The notes below the pieces were generated by a model. It saw nothing but the letters and a program-made list of their open reading frames with translations, was not told the origin of the DNA and did no database searches. Source: Macrostomum hystrix (Eukaryota; Animalia; Platyhelminthes). From it: DNA of 64,000 nucleotides. The position numbers and the translations under genes were made by a program. The stretch covers positions 3,224,001 through 3,288,000 of the forward strand of contig CATNEN010000024.1 of the NCBI GenBank assembly GCA_950097015.1, read 5' to 3'. Of this stretch, positions 1 to 14,605 are shown one piece after another (the stretch's first letter is position 1; the number at the start of each line of letters is the position of its first letter).

Positions 1-995
1 TTACCCCTTAGATCTAGTCATTGATATTTGTCTCATGGCTACTTGGTTCTAGTATCTCATTGAGCAGATGCCTAAACAGATCTTTTCATTCGATGAGTCG
101 TAAATATTTCTTATAAAAGAAAAAAACATTTTAATAGCCAGCGGTTCCTTAGCAGCTGGAACAGCCATAGGTTTATCGCTTAGACAATCTCTTGACGAAG
201 GTAGAATGGTCAAGGATAGGGATACTCTGAGAGGGGAGTGCAAGGAACTGTTCACAGGTGCCTGCTTGCGAGGGCTGCTAATTCACTAATTACAGGTGGG
301 ATAAGCACAAGATGGAGCTTCCTCACTCTCTGTGTTTCTCACTCTGTCTTACTACTAATGCTTCTAAAAATGGAGACTTGGAAAGCAACACGTGGAAGCG
401 CATGCCTTCCTCCAACCCTCATGATCTTGGCGAGGTGTTTTCCGTTGGTGTTATTTTCGGATGGGCGAAGAAAAGGTGACAAGTCGGACCATGGCAACCG
501 CCTTCGAGAATGAAGAATGTTTTTAGCTACGTGGCGGTGGTGGTAAATTATTTCAGACACCAATGAGTGAAAAGGTGCTAATCGAATGGCGGTTTATAAT
601 ACGGCAAAATGTACTCCGTTTTTTTCTTAGAAAGCGTTGTAAATTTCATTTTAGCAAAAGCTAATTCGACCAGCGTCGCTAACCAACTATTAATAACTCA
701 AAATCTGTTGCTTCTGTTACTGAAGCACCACGGAGTATTTCAAATGCCCACATTTTTCCTTCTTTCTGTATCTCTAAAAATCTTAAACTAATCTACATAA
801 AAATCTAGAAAATGGACTAAAATTTTCCGCTCTATCCGATGAAACAACTTCCGGAATCTCAAAACATCGGCATCGTCGAGAAATTCAACGATACTCGTCG
901 GGGTGTCGGGTGGGTGGCAGAAACCACAAAAATATGAAAACATTTTCTGTTCGCAACATTTTATTGTCGGCGACTATTGTTGACGATTCTGTATT

Positions 996-1623
<628 letters not shown>

Positions 1624-2076
1624 ACCTCCGCACGACCCACCCAAATAGTCTGAGAATCGAACTCTGTGACCCCTAACTCAGTAGTCTGAAGCAATATACA
1701 GGGCTATAAGCGCAATGGAGAAAATATATAGCGGTGAAACTGTTTTCTGAGCTGATGATTGCTCTCTGGTCTCAAGATTGGGCAGCAGCCGTCTCTATTG
1801 ATTCGGAAATTTCTGGAAACACCTGCGACACCTCAACTGAGGGTCTAAAACGGCTCGCACTAACGCAGATCTACCCTAATTCCGTTCACGCAATTCAGTT
1901 TTTCTCAACAAAAATTTTTATCAATGCTCTACTTAACCAGTCGACGCGAGGTTGGACTAATCCGCCTCAGATTAATCCTGTCTCCGCTCCGCGAGCTCAG
2001 CCCCCCGTTGAGCCACCTGTTTGAGCGTGGCGCCAAATTTGTCGACAACCTGCAGGGATTTTTTTTAATTCTCTAG

Positions 2077-2300
2077 CTAAAGATTTCTCCAAGCCTGAAA
2101 GACAAGCCGCGGGTGGTTTTGAGGACTGTGGAGGGGGCTCACAGCCTCATTAAACGCGAGTACAAAGCAAAAAGCAAATCTGGCGACGTCTTTACGCCAT
2201 CTGATTTCTCATCCGCTTCGCTGCGCAGGAAAGGCTCACAAGGATTTCTCCTCAGATCGCCAACCCCGGTTGCAACCGGAGTCAGGAAAGAGTTCCTGAT
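2077..2300 (+). CDS. Candidate internal coding exon of an unidentified gene
   Basis: ttttttaattctctag acceptor, open frame LKISPSLKDKPRVVLRTVEGAHSLIKREY...KEFL, and AT|GTAAG donor at 2301. Could not be joined to other exons. Confidence 0.3.
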
Positions 2301-3040
2301 GTAAGCTGGCAAAGACAAAACAAAAACTTTTAACACGAAATGCTATTCAATTTCAAAAGCTTCATTATATTGATCCCAGATTCCCGTTTCTCTGCTGATT
2401 TTTGCCATCTTGAGTTACTGTTCCTTTTAGTTGCCACCTAGCAACAGAGTATATGCTACTCTCCAAATCCGTGTGTTTCTTTCGTGCCATTGTGCAACTC
2501 GACTCCGAAAGTCTGAGTAGGTCTGAGAACAGACTCGGAATTAAATTGTGATCGACTCCGTATTTTCTTCGGGAAGAAAAATTTAGGCTACCAAGGAAAT
2601 CTCAGATTCCCAGTTGGTTTCATCCCTTCGGGGCAGTTTGCGATTCCAAGCTCAAAATGTCAGCGATTCGAGCGGACTAATTAGCGGCCAATTGTCTCTT
2701 GTCTGGCAACTAATAGAGATTGTGATTTGCTGCTTGGGGGGTCTTTGTTATGACAGAAATAAAATTAACCGAATGTCTTTAAACATCGGGTTGGACGCTC
2801 ACAGGCCATGCGCAGGCACAACCTGTAGACCGTTTGCGCTTGGCAACTGCGGCGCGGGTTTGTCAGGTTTCGCTTCATTGTTATTAAATAAGATATTAGG
2901 CTTATGATAGTAACAGGTGGTTATGCGTGATACCGTATTCAACGGTGATCACACAGTAATTATTGTTCGTCTGCAATAAACATACAAGCTAAAGTATAAA
3001 ACGATACACTAGGCGTGAATATCGGAGATATTACGATTGT

Positions 3041-3562
3041 GAATCACGTAGATTCATGGTGTGAATCACCGAGATTCGGAGTGTGAAATCTCTAAGATTC
3101 GGAGTGTGAAATCACTGAGATTCGGAGTGTGAAATCACTGAGATTCGGAGAGTGAATGACTGAGATTCATAGTGTGAAATCACTGAGATTCGGAGAGTGA
3201 ATCTCTGAGATTCGGAGAGTGAATCTCTGAGATTCGGGGTGTGAATCTCTGAGATTCGGGGTGTGAATCTCTGAGATTCGGGGTGTGAATCTCTGAGATT
3301 CGGGGTGTGAATCTCTGAGATTCGGAGAGTGAAATCACTGAGATTCGGAGTGTGAATCTGTGAGATTCGGGGTGTGAATCTCTGAGATTCGGAGTGTGAA
3401 ATCACTGAGATTCGGGGTGTGAATCTCTGAGATTCGGGGTGTGAATCTCTGAGATTCGGAGAGTGAATGACTGAGATTCGGGGTGTGAATCTCTGAGATT
3501 CGGGGTGTGAATCTCTGAGATTCGGAGAGTGAATGACTGAGATTCGGGGTGTGAATCTCTCT
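3041..3562. repeat. ~22-bp minisatellite (CTCTGAGATTCGGGGTGTGAAT)
   Basis: About 23 variant units, each with a GATTC...GAATC mini-palindrome. Confidence 0.95.
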
Positions 3563-4194
3563 ACATTGCACCCCAGGATCTATTGGGTAGTAAACTTATT
3601 TTGTTATTTCTAGCGTACTGATCATTGGTATTAGCGTGTTGTTACGAGTATTGTGCAATATAAAGGCCGAGCCACACTATAGGTCGTTGGGCGTGAATTG
3701 TTCTCAGACAACAGAATATGTCGAGCAGCTTCTCGCTGATCCTCCGCCTTCCCTCCCAGCAGTCCCACTTAGCTTTTAGTGTTTCACAATAGTTAATAGG
3801 AGGGGAAGGAGCAAGCGAGCAAAATAGGCGGGGATGAAATAGTGAATGAGTAGGGATGATTATGGAGACTTAGCGGGTTGGGACAAAGAAGATAGAGGCA
3901 TTGCTGCGTGGGGATTTGTGCAAGGACGGACGGGCTCAGCTGTGCCGGACTGCTTAAATAAAGGCCACCCGCTGAAAATCTCGCGCTGCGGGAACTCTAA
4001 GATGGCACATATAAGTAGAGAAAAGAGATAAGCATCAGTATAGCTTGGATCTGGGTGTCTGAGCTGCTCAGCTGCTCCGCCGGTCTCAACGCTTGACCAG
4101 CCTTGACAATGTCCCCAGCCGCTGTCTGTCTATATAGCTATATCAATCCTGATTCATTTGGGGCCAAGCTATATCACTCCTTATTTTGTCCTAA

Positions 4195-4384
4195 CTCTGA
4201 GGCATTGTACACTTTCATTGTGCCTTGGAGGTTGGCCCTCAAAGGCGTAAATAGCACAACGAGCTCCCAAGGCTTCTCTACGTGGCGCGCTGCGCACCAA
4301 ATGAATGTGGCCTCGCCGGGGAATCGAGCTCAGGGACCTTGGTGCGAGAGTCAAACGCTTAAACAGCTCTGCCACTCGACACCC
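4195..4384 (-). mobile_element. tRNA-derived SINE, family 1 (3'-truncated)
   Basis: Reverse complement has A-box-like GAGTGGCAGAGC and B-box-like GCTCGATTCC. Body GAGGCCACATTCATTTG...GAGGGCCAACCTCCAAGGCACA is shared with copies at 38503, 51058, 53030 and 62581. Confidence 0.8.
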
Positions 4385-5771
4385 ACAGAGACTTTAGTAT
4401 ATTATATTGAACTTGATTTATTTAGGTCATGACTGTAAGCAATTTTCAGAAATTATTCGCAGTTTATCAATTCGTAAGTCCGTGCCGCTAAAAATATGAG
4501 AAAAACAAATCCAAAGCAAAGAGAAAATAATTTAAGAAAATTTTCTGTTTGGGAGGGACAAGCAGACAGACGAATTAGGGTCAATAATCATCAATCGCTT
4601 GTGTATTTTCTTGTGCCAATGCAGAGTCCGACCAATTTTCTTTGGCCTGATCTGAACGTGACTGGTTTTAGTATCAGGCCGTGATTTATTGTTTGATTTT
4701 TACGACTCACTGCACCTGTATTTCATAAATAAAAAACTCACATGGTGAAAGTATCTAAAAATACTAACGAACAAGTATTTTTGTAATTAACATGTATTAA
4801 TACATTTTGTTATGCATGTTTATAATTTTATATATTATATACAATATAATATATAGCATATAATATTGTTATATATATTATTGTTTCTTTGTTTTTTTTG
4901 TAATTGTTCACGTATTTCGAACACGTTGGCCCCGGCCGTTAATTAGTTGATATTGTTTAACTCTCAACAGCACAAGAAAGTTTTTTGCACAGAAAACTTG
5001 CATATCAAAAGAATGATTGATTTCCAAACTTTCAGGATAATATACTATTTTGTATTTTTTTAAACTAATGCATGATTGATGGAAGTAGTATTATCGGTAA
5101 CATGAAGTTAATACTTTGAAAAGGCGGTTTTTATAGATGTAATCGTGTAATTTGTATGTATATCGCCCGACAAGAAGTATATAAAGTGGCATACAAATAT
5201 AAAAGCTAAGGGAAAGAAGTTTCTGATTCCTGTTTTTTATTGCACGTATTTTTTTCGCCGGACTGCAAATAAGTTAAAAGCAAGGTAGACAGCTTTTAGA
5301 AGCATGTTTTGAATTGTTATTATACTTGCTGCTGCGTAATTGAACTATGAAAGCAAATAAGTTCCGTTGCATGGAATAAAAGTGTGATTTGAAACTGCAA
5401 AATTAAGTATAGACAGAAAAGCTTTCGTAACAGAGCCCTTTCAATTGTTAAAAATTAATCAGTACTAAACACAAAAGTGGAAGGCAATAAAATCGTTATT
5501 CACCGGGCTTTTAGAAAATTAAAACACATAAAACACACATGTTTTACCTACTTAAATATACTGAACAAAGAAAATATATTGAACTATTTATTTTTAATAG
5601 TGCACTACTAATAGATATCGATTAAAAAATCTCGCCTGAGCACATTTTCTGTATGTACATCTCAAAGATTTAATCAGTCGATTTAATACCGATTTTAGCG
5701 AATGAATTATATACTTCATTAGCATTTTTCAATCTTTTTAAAAGAGATAGATAAACATTCTCTGACTGTAG

Positions 5772-6919
5772 CCTGTTTACATACGATGCGAACATATTTT
5801 GACCGACATTAGTATTATTTTAGTAATTATGATGTGTCACGCTAAGTATGGAGAACGGACTAATCAAAAGAAGTTACTTGAACTGACAGACGAGACCATT
5901 GATCAGGGATTCATTTTTTTTAAACCAGAACACAAAGGAAATGATCGCAGCAGGCAGGTATGTAAACGATGACCTTAATAAATTAATTCAAATTTCAAGA
6001 CAGAGTTTTGAATTTTGCTTCTAAAGCCCGACCAATAAAAGCCCTTTAAAAAATCGACATCAGAATATGTTTATATCATATTCAAGCTTTAATTTTGAAT
6101 GATGATCATTCATTAAACTTACAACTTAAATTTGAAAAAAAAACTTTTTTAGTTCATGCAAATATATTTTAAAATATAGAATTTTATGTTTTGAAGTCTC
6201 AAATAATTTTTTGTAAATTCATAAATCACAATTTTTGCTGGTTTCTGTGTATGATCAGTTCAAACATGTTTTAAAAATTTATGTGTACATCTTAGTAATT
6301 GTTTTGAATTTCTATTTACTGCCTGCTTTTCAACGTGCCATTTTTCTCGTTTGTTTAACTTTAGATGACAGAATGACAGAAAGTAATTAGAAATCAAGTC
6401 TTATAATTGTTAAAGCTGCATGTTTTTTAATTTACTTTGTATACGAGCGTATATTTCTGTCTCGCAGACCAGCGACAAGCGCAGTCCATTCCTCAGTGGC
6501 TGGGAGAGCGGAGTGGACAGTCAGCTGACCCCGGCGAAGATCTCCTACACAATTAAGCCGGTGTCTAAGCAGCGAGATCAGCAGCAGCCCAGCTTTCTGT
6601 ACAAGACCAACGGTGGCAGCGGCGGTATCAGATCCAAGCCGTTCGTGTTTGTCCAGTCTCTTAGCCACGATGCCTATCTGAGACACTATAGCAGTGAGCA
6701 CAGCTACTTGGCCAATCTGTACGCCACTGGGTCTCAACAGCCGCCTCTTCCTCAGCGCAATTCGCCATCTTTCGGCGGCTTCCCCGTTCGTCTTTCGTCG
6801 CCTCCGCCGGTCTTGCCGCCGCAGCCGCCGCTGCTGTCACAGGCGCCACCGCCTCCGACTCAGCCTCAACTGGCTGCACCAGTGCGCAGCGACAGCAATT
6901 TTAGTCGAGTGGCTCGAAT

Positions 6920-6955
<36 letters not shown>

Positions 6956-9900
6956 AGTAGATGTCAATTCTGTTCCCTCAGCAACCATTGGCAAGCAGGT
7001 CGATTTGCTCACTAAGTGAGTGAATAATTTCTTGTGAATGTTGAATTTATTGAAAAACGTCTCTATCCCGAATCTACATGTTTCGGATAAAGTCGTGGCT
7101 AATATGGATTTCATTAGTTTATTTGCTTATATATTGCGGCCTGCTACATATTACATTAAATTCCTCATTAAATAAGCATATATTTGACTCCGATTTTAGA
7201 ACTACTCAAATCATTTAATGCCAATCGGATAAAAAATTACAAAACCTTAACTATGCAGGAAAGTTATACCCGCTTCTTACTTTATTATCAGGTAAGCTTT
7301 TGGAGGTAAAATCGCATATTTTATTACGTTGGTAGTCGGCTTTGCGTTATTTAATGCTCATAATGCTATGCTAAGTATGGCAGAACTATGGCTAGTGTCA
7401 GTTACTATTTTAGCTATAAAATGAATCATTGTAAATTCGTTTTCTTTCTAATTAAATATTTCAAGCGTTTGAGTCTAAAATTAAGTTTAAAAAAGAAACA
7501 GCTCACCCGCGAGAAGTTGTACCATAAAAGCAGAATTTAAACTTTCGTATAAATGCATATCGCTGTGTGGCCTCTCTCACCATCAATTCATTATATGAAA
7601 AAAACACACAAATGTATTCATGCAAAAAAATCCTTACAAATTTAAAAGCTTGAAACAACGCAATATATATGTAGACTTGGAGAGAGATGGATAGACTGGG
7701 AGAGAGATAAACAAAGAGACGAAGACATTGGAAATTATAAGAGAAAGAATAATAAAGATTCAGAGTTCCATTCTAGTTCTTTACTAATTCTAACACAAGA
7801 ACAAGACGATCAAGTTGTTTAACTAATCCTAACGAAATTAGAAAGAAGTCGAATATAAAAACTGATGAGAATGCATGGTCGCTTAGCACTGCAAATTATT
7901 TATTGGATTTCCCTATTTAAGGTACAGTCATCGCACAATTTGGCCCCAATCGGCTAAACCATTGAGGTAACAAAAAATGTTCAAAGCTTTTTGATAAATT
8001 AGATTTTTTACGCTTAACGGTACCAGCGTACACTTCCATTTTGATTTTAGTGCAGTATATCAATAACTGCTTCCTTGCCAACCCGGTTCTGAACAATGAG
8101 AACTAGTACTGGTACTCGTATTAGTACTGGTACTCGATTTGGTACTGGTACTCGATTTGGTACTGGTACTCGATTTGGTACTGGTACTCGATTTGGTACT
8201 GGTACTCGATTTGGTACTGGTACTCGTATTGGTACTGGTACTCGATTTGGTACTGGTACTCGTATTGGTACTGGTACTCGATTTGGTACTGGTACTCGAT
8301 TTGGTACTGGTACTCGTATTGGTACTGGTACTTGCTATTGTGTTCTGATACCAATTCTGATACGTATAAGCTGGAGGCCTGGAGCTCAGTGAGGTTTGGT
8401 TTATATAGGCTTTATATTTCAACTGGCTGTGCCTGACTGACTGATCACATTTGGTATTGGGAACTGTGACAAACAACCTGTTCACAAACGGGTTCTGACC
8501 CAGGCAGAAACACCAATAACTAACTGCCCCGAGAATAAAGAAACAAGCGGTATTCACCTGCTTAAAGCTAAAAAATAACTAAAAAATAGCTTGGCATTCC
8601 TACTGTTCAATATGATTCCATGTGACACATATTGATTAAAAGACAATGCCCATTCCTTAACTTAGAAGTCATGAAAAAGTAGGAATTTGCTATGCTAATG
8701 TACTGGATAACTGAACGTCTTCAGAGAAAACTCTGTTAAACTTTTAATGTTTCGGAACACCATTAATTCGGATTTGCCTGTGATTATTTACAAATTTCGC
8801 TTGCATAGATCGCTCAGCTGATTCATTTGGTGTCGGATCATGTGTTTGATAATTGTTTTAGAAGATGACATTTGGAAAAGGAAACTTGGTGACCTGTTTC
8901 TCAGTAATTTTTTTGTTTTAACCAATTGGCAAAAGACAATAGCCTGTCTAGTCTTTTGGCAGAATCTTGAACTGAACTAAAAATATGCATTTCTCATTTC
9001 GCAGTGGTCGCTCAAGACCTGAGGCAACAAACGACAAACGACTAGAACCCCTGACCCTGCTGACTGAGGTGAGTGGCTTACTTGCTAACTTTTGATGCAA
9101 AAAATATTTCCGACTTAATTACTAGCTTATATACAATGTCTACAATTTACAAGCATATTAAAATTGATGCGAAGGGGTAAACTTTGCTAGTCTACTATAC
9201 TAAATTTCCTATAGTTTTATAAATGTGTATGCGTATCGTAGTTGCACGTAAGCACATGAAATTGGAAAGATCGTGAGCTGAACGGTGATTTTATATCTTT
9301 AAGCACGATAAGACTTAAAATAATATAAGGTAAGAGTTTAGAGGCCAGATCGTTTTCAGCATTTTCAGCATTATTTGGCTCTATAAATTAATAAATTGGC
9401 AGAATGAACGAAGATGGAATAACAAAACTTTTTGCGAGCTCAATTCCTTAAATGTCATTAGTAGGAATGTACATTTAAATTAAAAATGCAGTCCGGTACT
9501 CGCTTGCGTTGGCTTTCAGCACACATTCAAATTCTTAGCAGACTCCGGCACTGAAAGCAGCAACAGACGCGCCCCGAAATTAGAGGTCTGCATCTCTTTG
9601 CTCAAGCATGCAGATGTACTTTTAATGTTTGGCTTAACTCCTTGGATGCTATCAAATATTTAGTTGTTAAATTTAAACCAGTGTGCGCTTAGTGTTAATC
9701 TTGCTAAAAATTATCTTGTTAATAACAATCATTTTCCGTAAAAACTGGTCAATCAGGTAAAAACATGAAAGAATTTGAAACACACTGTGAAAATTTTCAG
9801 TTCCCCAAACTGTTGTCCAAAATATTCTCGCCGTTACATCGTGATGTGGAGCTACCGGTATCATCGATGAGGTGCAAATGAGGTGTGGCCATATTTATCG

Positions 9901-11242
9901 ACGGATTCACTACTGTTAGAGATCTGAAGACTTTCACTTTCCTTCTCCCTCTTCCTTCTCCCACTTTTTTTCCCACTTTCCTTCTCCTACTTTCTTTCTC
10001 GTACTTTCCTTCTCCTACTTTTCTTTCTCCCACTTTCTTTCTCCCACTTTCCTTCTCCCACTTTCCTTCTCCCACTTTCCCCCATTTTCACTTTCCTTCT
10101 ATGGATTGAAATTTTAACACCTATTTTCTTTACTGCAACACATTTGAATTTCGAGCACAATTTGCTGATGCACATGCCCAATTTTCACACAAAAGAGTTC
10201 ATTTAGTAACCTTCAGACAGGTTGTCTTTGTACTGTCATTGAAATTTTTTGTAACCGCTTTTCTAACGTACCTTTTTCCATTACCATTTTTTTAAACCAA
10301 CAAGCTAAGACAACAGTTCTAAATGCCCCTCTTCAGACCAGCAACCCCAGGCCGAAAAGAACACACACCCACCTCCTCCAGACCAGCAACCCCAGGCTAA
10401 AAAACACTCGCCCACCTCCTCCAGACAAGCAGCCCCAGGATGAAAAAACACTCACCCACCTCCTCCAGACCAGCAGCCCCAGGATGAAAAAACACTCGCC
10501 CAGCTCCTCCAGACAAGCAGCCCCAGGATGAAAAAACACTCACCCACCTCCTCCAGACCAGCTGCCCCAGGATGAAAAAACACTCGCCAACCTCCTCCAG
10601 ACCAGCTGCCCCAGGATGAAAAAACACTCACCCACCTCCTCCAGACCAGCAGCCCCAGGATAAAAAAACACTCGCTAACCTCCTCCAGACCAGCTGCCCC
10701 AGGATGAAAAAACACTCACCCACCTCCTCCAGAGTGGCACCCCCAGGCTGACGCACCACTCGAAGCAGCGAGTGCCAACTGCAGAACGCACCCGCCTACG
10801 CGACTTTACCAGCGCCCACTTCGGCCCGGCGTTGCAGCAGCGCCTGCGACTGTTGACAGACAATGAGTTAGCGGCCGCCGCCGCGGCTGCTGCCAACGGT
10901 TTGTCATCGACTGGCATCGGCCTGGAGGTCAGCGGTGTCTCGCGCAGCAACTCGCGCCTCTCTGAGCCGCCTGGCGGGCAGCAGCGACCTACAGTGGTCA
11001 CCACAGGAGCAGAGATACAAGGCCTCATCACAGCTGGCCAGCTGATTCACGGCTCCAGCAAGCCGGTAAGTGCTAGCTGTCCTGTTTCTACTTGCATCTT
11101 ATTTTTCAAGAGTGTGTAGAACAAACCCCGTTCAGTCTCATGTAACCTGCAGCAGCGCTGGTTCGACACCTCGTCCACGTCGGCCGCCCAACCCACGTCA
11201 TTTAATGCGGCTTCCCGCTTCGGTGACGTCAGAAAAAAATAA
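5772..11242 (+). CDS. Spliced gene, unidentified Pro/Gln/Ala-rich protein (~390-410 aa, N-terminus uncertain)
   Basis: Phase-consistent GT-AG exons 5772(or ATG 5829)-5957, 6468-7015, 9005-9068, 10733-11065, 11153-11242 (TAA), with AATAAA just downstream. No domain recognised. Confidence 0.6.
8106..8331. repeat. 18-bp intronic minisatellite (GGTACTGGTACTCGATTT)
   Basis: About 12 units, with GATTT/TATT variants. Confidence 0.95.
9935..10095. repeat. ~14-bp polypyrimidine minisatellite (CCTTCTCCCACTTT)
   Basis: Degenerate CT-rich units inside intron 9069-10732. Confidence 0.85.
10332..10732. repeat. ~46-47-bp minisatellite whose last unit is the 3' splice site
   Basis: Unit AAAAAACACTCACCCACCTCCTCCAGACCAGCAGCCCCAGGATG. 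The last copy reads CACCTCCTCCAG|AGTGGCACCCCCAGGCTG at exon start 10733. Confidence 0.93.
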
Positions 11243-11399
11243 TGAAACAATAAAAAATTGAGCAGTTCTTGTGACCAATATCAGACTCTACATTTTGTCT
11301 CTAAATTAGGTTTTTGATGTCTAAACGATGACATTTTTGTGACTAAGTTAAGTTGAGTTGTGGAGCGACAACACGTCTCGCTGATCTCGATTCGAACTT

Positions 11400-11500
11400 A
11401 GAGAGCAGCTGCGGAGCCCCATAAAGGCACAGTGAGAGTGCGTAACGATGCAGATGTCAGTGCAGATGTACATCTGTCTTGAGTGTGTGCTCTGGTGTCG
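11400..11500 (+). mobile_element. Degenerate SINE family 1 fragment
   Basis: AAGGCACAGTGAGAGTG...GCAGATGTACA...TGTGTGCTC matches the body of the family 1 copies. Confidence 0.4.
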
Positions 11501-11583
11501 GCGTCATAGCAGAATTTCCTCCCCGCTGACTGCTGGTCGACTTTTGCCAACTGAGTACCACCACAAACCCCACAGTAGGGTTT

Positions 11584-11880
11584 GTAGCCTACCACCACAA
11601 GTGGTAAGGGCGTCGGTCTCGCGACTTGAAGCAGCGACCTTATATAGGTCGAGGATTCGATTCCCGACTCCATTGAAACAATGTGTGTCCTTTGGCAGGA
11701 CACTTAACTCTGCATTGCTTTAGTTCACCCAGCTGTCAAATGGGTACCAGCTGGGGTAATTAAGGGTGGGGTGTGGCGTCCACCAGTCCATGGACTGAAC
11801 AGCCGTACGCAGCCTTAAAGTAATAGCAACGCAATTGCTGCGGCTGTGTTGTAGGCTGCACAATAGTGGCAGGTGTAATC
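11584..11880 (+). mobile_element. tRNA-derived SINE, family 2 (Meta/V-like central domain)
   Basis: Head with GGATTCGATTCC B-box; central TGTGTCCTTTGGCAGGACACTTAACTCTGCATTGCTTTAGTTCACCCAGCTGTCAAATGGGTACC; tail GCAGGTGTAATC. Homologous to 38908-39121 and 62832-63110. Confidence 0.85.
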
Positions 11881-14253
11881 CTATTTTTTTTGGTTGTCCC
11901 CACACACCTAAGATAATCACAGGCTTTGTTTAATGAGTTCAGATGTCCTGAGTGAAGCACCTTATTCTAAAAACCAAAGAGAGGCGATAAATTTTATCAA
12001 GCGTCTATTGTAAGTAGTATAGTGTGGACCATGAGAACTAATTGTTTCTGGAGTTGAATTCTTTCGCGAAGTTAAACCGATTACTTGCATTTTTATCTGT
12101 TTGTAAAAATGTGCTTATTCCAATCATTGTGCTTTACTTATACGAGTATAAATAACTATAGTATCTCGAAACTTAACCCTTAAAACCCCACTAAAAATAT
12201 ATTTCACTTCCAACGTAATTATTGCCGGTCAATGTGAAAGCGAAATGACGTGTTGCACTTCATGTACTTCATGCGTATCACTTAATATAGCGAGATGATC
12301 GAATGAAAAGCTGTTAATTTATTCATTTATTTTACCTGATTCTTAATACGTTTTTATTTACGTATACATTACATACATACATACATTACATACATTACAT
12401 ACATTACATACATTACATACATTACATACATTGTACGTTACGTATACGTTACGTATCCTGTATAATTAATACTTGATACAGGAATTTTTACGCTTTTTTT
12501 GTTTATTTGTTATTTGATGCAGAGAATATTAATCATGCAGATGTTCATAACATTCAATTCTACACAATCACATTATTATGAATCTTATAAAATGTATTAT
12601 ACCAAGTTCTAAGACTTATGTTCTTTTGTACTTTTCCATAAGAACTGTTCTGTTGACAATCCGTTTGTAGATAAAAATTAACAAAATTTGAACTCGTTGT
12701 CTTTGAAAAGATATATACTTTCGAAAATTCGCCAAAATATTTGTGTGCTGTACAATGTAAACTACTATTAATAAAGTAAATTAATAATAAATACAATCTT
12801 TTTGAAAACCATGACGAAATCGTGGCTTTCGTTTCCTTTAATGACTTTTCATTTTGTTTAATTGCTAATCTCGACTGTCTTTAAACTTTCATGAGGTTTT
12901 TTACAGTCACCGCCAGTACTTAAAAACCTATAACTTCGATACATAAATTGAAACTTACTTCGATGCCAGTTCATAACCAATCTTCTGTGAATCTGCAGTT
13001 TCCTGCGAAACCTAAGTTGTATCATTTTCTTCATTTATGATTAAATTATTTTAATCCCTTGTTGAACGGTCCTACTACCGCCTTGTATTGTTTTGGGAGT
13101 TTGAATAAAAACCTAAAAAAACGAAAAAGAATATTTCTGAGGAACTCTGGGTTCGGTCGCATTTTTTCTACTATACTTTTCATTAAAAAAAGTAATTGAA
13201 AATATTTACGGATAACAACTGAACTACTCAATCAGTTATACAAGTATTAATAGACAAAACACTACCACTAAACACAAGAACAATATATTTCGTTATATAA
13301 ACTTATTATTGATTTTAAACTGTCACACAGAGGACAAAAGACAGAACGAACAAACGAATTGAGCTTAAATTCACACAGTATGATGTGTGCAAAATGTTTG
13401 CAAATGTTTAATCGGTGAAGGAAACAGCAGCTATGAAAATGAATATCGCAATTTCTAGTTCAATAAAATAATCGATAAAAATAAAAAAACTCGAGCCCAA
13501 AATTGAAGGACGCGACACGCCAAAGCATGCGTCCTTCTTTGGCTCTTTGTCTCACTTGCTGATGATCTAATTGCGCAAAAATACGAAAACAAAGCACAAG
13601 TAATCGAAATTGTTTTATCTATTCGAAAAGTAGGACGCAAGAGAGACAGATAAAAGGCACTGAGAAATGATCCCTTCAGTGCGATGCAGGCAAGTGCTAA
13701 ACAAATTTCTTCACAATTAGAAAACTCGACAAGTACGAATTTGATTACTTTAAACAGTACGAGGCGCCTATAACAGCCTTTTTGTTCCCTAGAGCTTAAA
13801 AAAATCGAGCAAACTATTTAAACTTGTTTGTAACAACAAACTGTCAGACTGTAGCGAAAGAAAATTTTAGCTTGAAAGTCTTTTATGGCCATATTAAAAA
13901 ATTCAAATCTCTCACTAGTGCGAAATTGTGTTAAATTGAGTAAAATAATGTCAACTTACACTCATCATTTGACCAACCAGGGATATACGCTCGTATATCG
14001 AAGTAGAATAGGATTAGGTTCGGCTACTTACTACTGATGCACAGATCAACTACAAATTTGCTTCACTGTTTCACTGTGAAGCATCTGTAACGCAGGATTT
14101 TTTATCTGATAAAACAAAACCTAAAATATTGGCAAACTTGACAAATTCGAATCAAGAACACTGGCAATGGCGGACACACAAGAACACAATCATGGCTAAG
14201 CGAAAGATAACTTTCAAGTGCATGTTCTGCCAAGTTGTTTACCCTTCACCCAG

Positions 14254-14574
14254 CTATGGCATGGCGAAGCCTTCCTCATAGCAACCAGCGACTGCAGTTG
14301 GCGGCGCCCATTGGCACAAGCCGAGTGCCAGGTTTGACCCTCCCGCGGCTGGCACCTGGTGCATCTGCTGAGCCGGTGACTGAGGCGTCTCCGGCGGTCC
14401 ATGATAACCAGCCGCCGTGTGCTGCGACTCTACCAGCTGTTCAATGTCCTCGGTTGACACCGAGGGAATGTCGCTGAGGTAATGCCTGCTGGCGGGCTTG
14501 TGGTGCTCAGGGTACGGTTGATGGTAGCTTTGATAGCCCGGATAGGCATTCCAGGTGCGGTACTTGTTACAGTA

Positions 14575-14605
<31 letters not shown>

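Noticed and set aside
178-513. Possible exons near the window start
   Set aside because: Joining them needs a 37-nt intron or hits stop codons; insufficient support.
1734-2024. STRGWTN resembles corazonin (YSRGWTN-amide)
   Set aside because: It is followed by Pro rather than Gly-Lys/Arg, and has no signal peptide or pGlu start. Likely coincidence.
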